From: Candidatus Aenigmatarchaeota archaeon
GTDB taxonomy: Archaea > Aenigmatarchaeota > Aenigmatarchaeia > CG10238-14
Direction of reading: 5' to 3'
DNA: 29,875 bases
Assembly (NCBI GenBank): GCA_044343545.1
Contig: JAWBZR010000006.1
Coordinates: forward strand, 1-29,875
Below the pieces are notes generated by a model. It saw only the letters and a list, made by a program, of their open reading frames with translations, made no database searches and was not told the origin of the DNA. A program made the translations under genes and the position numbers. Shown here one piece after another: positions 25,276-29,875 of this stretch (its first letter is position 1; the number at the start of each line of letters is the position of its first letter).

Positions 25276-25629
25276 TTACTTTGTCGAAGCAAGCTTGTAT
25301 ATTGCTTTTAATGCAACTACAAGCGCTGCGGGTGCTACAAAGGCTCTAAGGTTTGCCAAGGCGTCTGCCAACACTGCACCGATAGTCGGTCCACCCAAGC
25401 TACTCAGGCCGGCTGCACCTACTGATAGCAATGCTATAGATGCTATTAAAAATGAATCTGTTTCTTTTGATGTAACTGTCGTTAAACCGACTACCAGTCC
25501 CAAGATTACCAACAATAGGCTTAATAGGGTGTAATCTCCTACTACACCCAATCCCTGAAGCAAACCTAGCACTAATGCGAGCAACACACCCGCTAGGAAT
25601 GCCCACTCACCATATTTTTCTGCTGACAT
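25276..25629 (-). CDS. Small four-TM membrane protein
   Basis: GEWAFLAGV...LGLVVG...FLIA...FVAPAALVVALK; GGGGTGA SD. Confidence 0.75.
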   Translation of the reverse strand: MSAEKYGEWAFLAGVLLALVLGLLQGLGVVGDYTLLSLLLVILGLVVGLTTVTSKETDSFLIASIALLSVGAAGLSSLGGPTIGAVLADALANLRAFVAPAALVVALKAIYKLASTK

Positions 25630-25749
25630 ATCACCCCCAACGTTTATTATTGGTTTGAATAAAAATAAAATTAACTCTTACTACCACATTGATACAAATA
25701 TTGGTGCCAATTGATTTTTATAAAGCTTAGATCATAACAATAAATCTTA

Positions 25750-26754
25750 ATGCCATTTATCGTGACTTGCGATCCAGGTTTGGAGGATATAGCAGAAAAA
25801 GAAATAAAAGAGAAGGACAGGAAAGCGAAAGTAGAGAGGCTTCTCAATTTTCAGGGTAAGCTATTGGTGCATTCTAAAGCGAATTTGTTTGACTTGCATT
25901 CTGCCCATCACATAATAAAATTGATAAGGACGTTCAGCTTGAAAGAAGCCAACCTTGAAGAGCTAAAGCGCGAAGTAGAAAAGTCTGAAATAGAAGGCAT
26001 TGAAGCAGCAACTACATTTCGCGTGACGAGCCAAAGGTTTGGCAACCATCTATTTACTTCTGTAGATATGCAAAGAGTTGCTGGTGAAGTAATAGCTAAA
26101 AAATATGGCAAAAAGGTAGATTTGAAAAATTTTGATATGAATGTGAGAGTCGATCTCATAGGAAGCTTTGGCTATGTTGGCATCCAGTTGACAAGAGAGT
26201 CTCTTTACAAGAGGTATAAGAAGAAATTTAACCATCCGGCAGCAATAAAATCAACGATAGCTTATGGTATGTTAAGACTAGCCGATATTTCAAAAGACGA
26301 AACATTACTCGATCCTATGTGCGGTAGTGGCACTATACCGATTGAAGCAGCTTCTTTGTATGGAGGCAAGGTAAAGATTATAGCGGGAGATAAAAGTTTG
26401 AAATGCGTTGAGGGTTCAATGGAAAATGCTAAAATGAATTTTTTGGATAAATTCATAGATTTCAGGCAATTGGACGCATTGAAGCTGAAAGAACATGTTT
26501 CCCAGGTAGACAAGATAGTTACAAACCCGCCTTACGGTGTAAGAATTGCAAGGAAGGCTGATCTAAAAACGTTTTACAGAAAATTTTTAGAATCTGCCAG
26601 CGACGTGTTGCAACATAGAATGACCATCATAACGTTAAAAGCCGATATGTTCAGGAGCCTGGTGCTGTTCACAAGAAAATATAAGATAGTTCACGAGCGT
26701 GTGGTGGAAGCAGGAGGTATATATCCGCACATATTCGTTTTAGAAAAGATTTAA
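25750..26754 (+). CDS. trm14: THUMP-domain tRNA (guanine-N2) methyltransferase, Trm14-like
   Basis: GLEDIA, THUMP (TFRVTSQR.G.H.FTS), HPAA, DPMCGSGTIPIE, NPPYG. Confidence 0.85.
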   Translation: MPFIVTCDPGLEDIAEKEIKEKDRKAKVERLLNFQGKLLVHSKANLFDLHSAHHIIKLIRTFSLKEANLEELKREVEKSEIEGIEAATTFRVTSQRFGNHLFTSVDMQRVAGEVIAKKYGKKVDLKNFDMNVRVDLIGSFGYVGIQLTRESLYKRYKKKFNHPAAIKSTIAYGMLRLADISKDETLLDPMCGSGTIPIEAASLYGGKVKIIAGDKSLKCVEGSMENAKMNFLDKFIDFRQLDALKLKEHVSQVDKIVTNPPYGVRIARKADLKTFYRKFLESASDVLQHRMTIITLKADMFRSLVLFTRKYKIVHERVVEAGGIYPHIFVLEKI

Positions 26755-26788
26755 ACCTATATGCTTTATAAACTTAGATTTTCAATTT

Positions 26789-27118
26789 GTGTTTATGATG
26801 CCTCCTACCATGGATCCGAAAAAAGTCGAGCAACTTTTAAAGCAATTGGGAATGGAGATGGAAGAAATACCGGCAAGTCAAGTAATAATAAAAGCCGAAG
26901 CAGGTGATATAATTATTGATGAACCGCACGTCGTAAAGACGACTATGAGAGGTCAAGTTATATATCAAATTACAGGTAATGTGAGGCAAGAAATTTCATT
27001 AGAAGATATAAAACTAGTCATGGATCAAACAGGAATAAGAGATGAAGAAAAAGTGAGAAAAGCGATACAAGATGCAAAGGGTGACATAGTAGAAGCTATA
27101 ATGAGGTTAAAACAGTAA
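26789..27118 (+). CDS. nac: Nascent polypeptide-associated complex protein
   Basis: MDPKKVEQLLKQLGMEMEEI, YQITG, EDIKLVMDQTG, GDIVEAIMRL. Confidence 0.93.
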   Translation: MFMMPPTMDPKKVEQLLKQLGMEMEEIPASQVIIKAEAGDIIIDEPHVVKTTMRGQVIYQITGNVRQEISLEDIKLVMDQTGIRDEEKVRKAIQDAKGDIVEAIMRLKQ

Positions 27119-27157
27119 AACAAGAGATTTATGTTTTAAAATTCAAAATTAACTTCG

Positions 27158-28171
27158 ATGATGGAAATATTGCTTACATTTTTAATATCTTTTTTTACCT
27201 GCCTTTTTTTGACTAAAATCTTCATCGATCTTTTTGAAAGGAATAATATCATAGCTTTGGACTTGCACAAAAAAAACAAGCCTAGAGTTGCTAATAGCGG
27301 AGGATTGCCTGTGATGTTTTCTGCAACTTTTGGTTTAATGTTTTTCATAGGTTATAAGGTTTTTATCCAAAACACTTCCCAAGATCTCGTTTATCTTTTT
27401 GCGACTATGCTTTCGATAATATTGATAGGTCTCATAGGTTTTTTTGACGATTTGAATTGTCGCGAGGTAATAGAAGGCAAAAGCGAAATAAGAAAAGGGT
27501 TGAAACAATGGCAAAAACCATTGCTTACTTTGTTCGCTGCAATTCCATTAATGGTTGTAAGAGCAGGGAACACATCAATGAGTTTACCTATATTGGGTAG
27601 TGTAGATTTCGGTATATTTTATCCTCTAGCCATAGTACCTTTAAGTGTGACAGTAGCGGCGAACGTGATTAATATGCTAGGCGGTTTCAATGGATCCGAG
27701 GCGGGTATGGGTTGTGTTTACTTTTTTTCTCTTGGTGTTTTTGCACTTTTCATGAACAAGACGTTGTCCGCTGCCATCTATTTTTCCATGTTGGGAGCAT
27801 TATTGGCTTTTTTAAAATACAATTGGTATCCAGCCAAGATGCTTTCTGGTGATAGTATACAGTATGTTATGGGAGCTGCAGTTATAGGGGGAGGAATAAT
27901 AGGTGACATGGAAAGGGCAGTGTTCATTGTTTTGTTGCCTTTTTTCATAGAAGCTATCTTAAAATTAAGGTCTGGTTTAAAAGCTTCATGTTTAGGCAAA
28001 TTAAGAAAAGATGGAAGATTAGACCCACCTTATGGCAAAAAAATCTATTCCTGGACTCACATAATAATGAATTTAGGTAGATTTACTGAGAAGCAAGTCA
28101 CTATAGCTTTAATATTAATGGAAGCTATTTTTTGCTCTTTGCTTTTTATTTATTTGTATTTAATAATATAG
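27158..28171 (+). CDS. UDP-GlcNAc:dolichol-P GlcNAc-1-P transferase (AglH/Alg7, MraY-like)
   Basis: DLHK, SGG, IGFFDD, NVINMLGGFNG.EAG, YNWYPAKMLSGD; multi-TM. Confidence 0.88.
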   Translation: MMEILLTFLISFFTCLFLTKIFIDLFERNNIIALDLHKKNKPRVANSGGLPVMFSATFGLMFFIGYKVFIQNTSQDLVYLFATMLSIILIGLIGFFDDLNCREVIEGKSEIRKGLKQWQKPLLTLFAAIPLMVVRAGNTSMSLPILGSVDFGIFYPLAIVPLSVTVAANVINMLGGFNGSEAGMGCVYFFSLGVFALFMNKTLSAAIYFSMLGALLAFLKYNWYPAKMLSGDSIQYVMGAAVIGGGIIGDMERAVFIVLLPFFIEAILKLRSGLKASCLGKLRKDGRLDPPYGKKIYSWTHIIMNLGRFTEKQVTIALILMEAIFCSLLFIYLYLII

Positions 28172-28339
28172 AATTAATAAGTATGGAGGGATTGGCAAAT
28201 AAATATAATTTTAAAAAAATATTCGGAATTTTCGTTTGCAAAAAATTATGGTCAAATGTAAAATTTCAACACATTTTCGGTAGAAAATATATCTTGTTTT
28301 TTTGGAAAATATAGTAAAACAGCTTAAAAGGAATCAAAA

Positions 28340-28792
28340 ATGAAGGTATGCATTTCGTGTTCAGCGGGAGGACATTTAATAGAAGCTTTGCAGATTAAAA
28401 GTGCATACGAGAACCATGATTATTTTTTCTTGACATTTTATCAGAAAGGTATAACGGATGAAATAAAAAACGAGAGAGTATATTTTTTAAAAAATCCAGA
28501 GAGGAATCCATTTAAGATTATTAAATGTGCCATAGATACTTTCAAAGTTTTGAAAAAAGAAAAACCAAATATAATAATTTCAACAGGAGCAGGTTTTGCG
28601 ATACCTTCTATAATACTGGGGAAGTTAATTTTCAATTGTAAAATTATTTTCATAGAAACCTTTACACGAATACACGAACCTTCACTTTCAGGAAAAATTG
28701 CATATTATTTTTCTGATTTGTTTTTTGTCCAGTGGAAGAGTTTATTGAAAAAATATGGAAAAAAAGCCAAATACAGAGGTGCAGTATTTTGA
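28340..28792 (+). CDS. Alg14/PssD-like glycosyltransferase subunit
   Basis: SAGGHL, KPNIIISTGAG.A, IFIETFTR..PSLSGK, FVQW. Confidence 0.9.
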   Translation: MKVCISCSAGGHLIEALQIKSAYENHDYFFLTFYQKGITDEIKNERVYFLKNPERNPFKIIKCAIDTFKVLKKEKPNIIISTGAGFAIPSIILGKLIFNCKIIFIETFTRIHEPSLSGKIAYYFSDLFFVQWKSLLKKYGKKAKYRGAVF

Positions 28793-29271
28793 TATTTGTT
28801 ACAGTCGGGACAAGCAAATTTAGTTTTAACAGATTGATAAAAAAAATAGATGAATTAATTGGAGAAGGAAAAATAAAAGAGGAAGTTATCATTCAAATAG
28901 GATATTCAACTTATGAACCTAAATATGCTAAATGGTTCAGATTCGAATCTTACGCAAAAATGAAAGAATTGATACAAAAATCAAGAATAATAATCACTCA
29001 TGGTGGTGTTGGAAGTATTTTAACCTGTTTAGTTTACAAAAAAACAGTTATCGCAGTACCTAGAATGAAACGTTTCAAAGAACACGTAGATGATCATCAG
29101 GTGGATTTAGTTAAAGAACTTTCCAAAGAAGGCAAAGTTATAGCTGTTTTTGATGTTGAGGATATAGAAAAAGTTTTGTTCAAAAAAAATAAATTTAAAC
29201 ATAGATCCACGAAGAAACTTCTCATAAGCGAAATAAAAAAATATATTGATGAAATTGCTAAACTAATTTAA
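28789..29271 (+). CDS. Alg13/PssE-like glycosyltransferase subunit
   Basis: IFVTVGT, FNRL, IQIG, ITHGGVGSI, VPR..EHVDDHQ; TTG start overlaps the upstream TGA. Confidence 0.9.
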   Translation: MIFVTVGTSKFSFNRLIKKIDELIGEGKIKEEVIIQIGYSTYEPKYAKWFRFESYAKMKELIQKSRIIITHGGVGSILTCLVYKKTVIAVPRMKRFKEHVDDHQVDLVKELSKEGKVIAVFDVEDIEKVLFKKNKFKHRSTKKLLISEIKKYIDEIAKLI

Positions 29272-29875
29272 TGAAAGAAGTTCCTGTAACAATTTTTGTT
29301 CCTGTTAAAAATGCTGAAAAAACTATAAAGGCGTGTGTGGATTCTTTGCTAAAACAGACATACAAAAACAAGAAAATTTACATAATAGACAACATGTCTA
29401 CGGATAAAACATACGAGATTCTTAAGGGATACGGTAAAAAAATAAACCTTTTAAGAATGGCAGGACCTGTACCGAAGTTGCATAACTACATACTCGATAT
29501 TGCAAAAACAGAATTTATAGCATATACAAATGCCGATTGCGTAGCTGATAAAAATTGGTTGAAAAATCTTATAAAAGGTTTTGATTCAGATGAAATAGTA
29601 GCAACAGCAGGATATTGTGCAACTCCGAAAGGTCTTAATAAATTTCAAGAATTAATAGGATTAGAGCTTGAAAACAGATTTAAAAGGTTTCCAAAATATA
29701 TTAGTAGAGCGCCTGACATGAATTTATGTGTTAGGACAAAAATAGCTAGAAAAGTTAAATTCGACGAAAGATTTATTTGGTCTTGGGAAACAGATTTCGG
29801 TTACAGATTAACTAAGTTAGGAAAAATGAAACATGTACCTGAAGCCATCGTATATCATTATCATAGACCTGATGT
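29271..29875 (+). CDS. GT2 family glycosyltransferase (partial, runs off the window)
   Basis: MKEVPVTIFVPVKNAEKTIKACVDSLLKQTY...IIDNMSTDKT...YTNADC...WLKNL; ATG overlaps the upstream TAA. Confidence 0.88.
   Translation, partial: MKEVPVTIFVPVKNAEKTIKACVDSLLKQTYKNKKIYIIDNMSTDKTYEILKGYGKKINLLRMAGPVPKLHNYILDIAKTEFIAYTNADCVADKNWLKNLIKGFDSDEIVATAGYCATPKGLNKFQELIGLELENRFKRFPKYISRAPDMNLCVRTKIARKVKFDERFIWSWETDFGYRLTKLGKMKHVPEAIVYHYHRPD

Overview
Low-GC archaeal chromosomal segment. A DPANN lineage such as Aenigmarchaeota is plausible from gene content and compactness, but that is inference only. It carries two tRNA-Leu genes (one with a 12-nt intron) and housekeeping genes: rpoD, kae1, dnaG, fibrillarin, nop5, archaeal mat, lemA-htpX, trm14, nac, and an AglH/Alg14/Alg13/GT2 glycosylation cluster. 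A clear replication origin (inverted ORBs around an AT-rich unwinding element) lies directly upstream of cdc6/orc1. Three things stand out. (1) oriC-cdc6 is followed by a catalytically dead, internally deleted DP1 (PolD small subunit) homolog and a Pol-delta-like family B polymerase ending in a DP2-type Zn finger, which resembles the eukaryotic PolB + B-subunit replicase placed where the PolD operon often sits. (2) An origin-proximal module encodes an amphipathic-helix/coiled-coil/wHTH protein whose gene holds two 7x10-bp iteron-like arrays, a PRC-barrel protein and an ExeA-like AAA+/wHTH ATPase, and is bracketed by 11-bp-phased GTGAA boxes. (3) A Cas1-less, array-less Cas4-HTH-Cas2-like trio contains two palindromic operator-like sites. 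All family assignments come from motif recognition by eye; no database searches were run.
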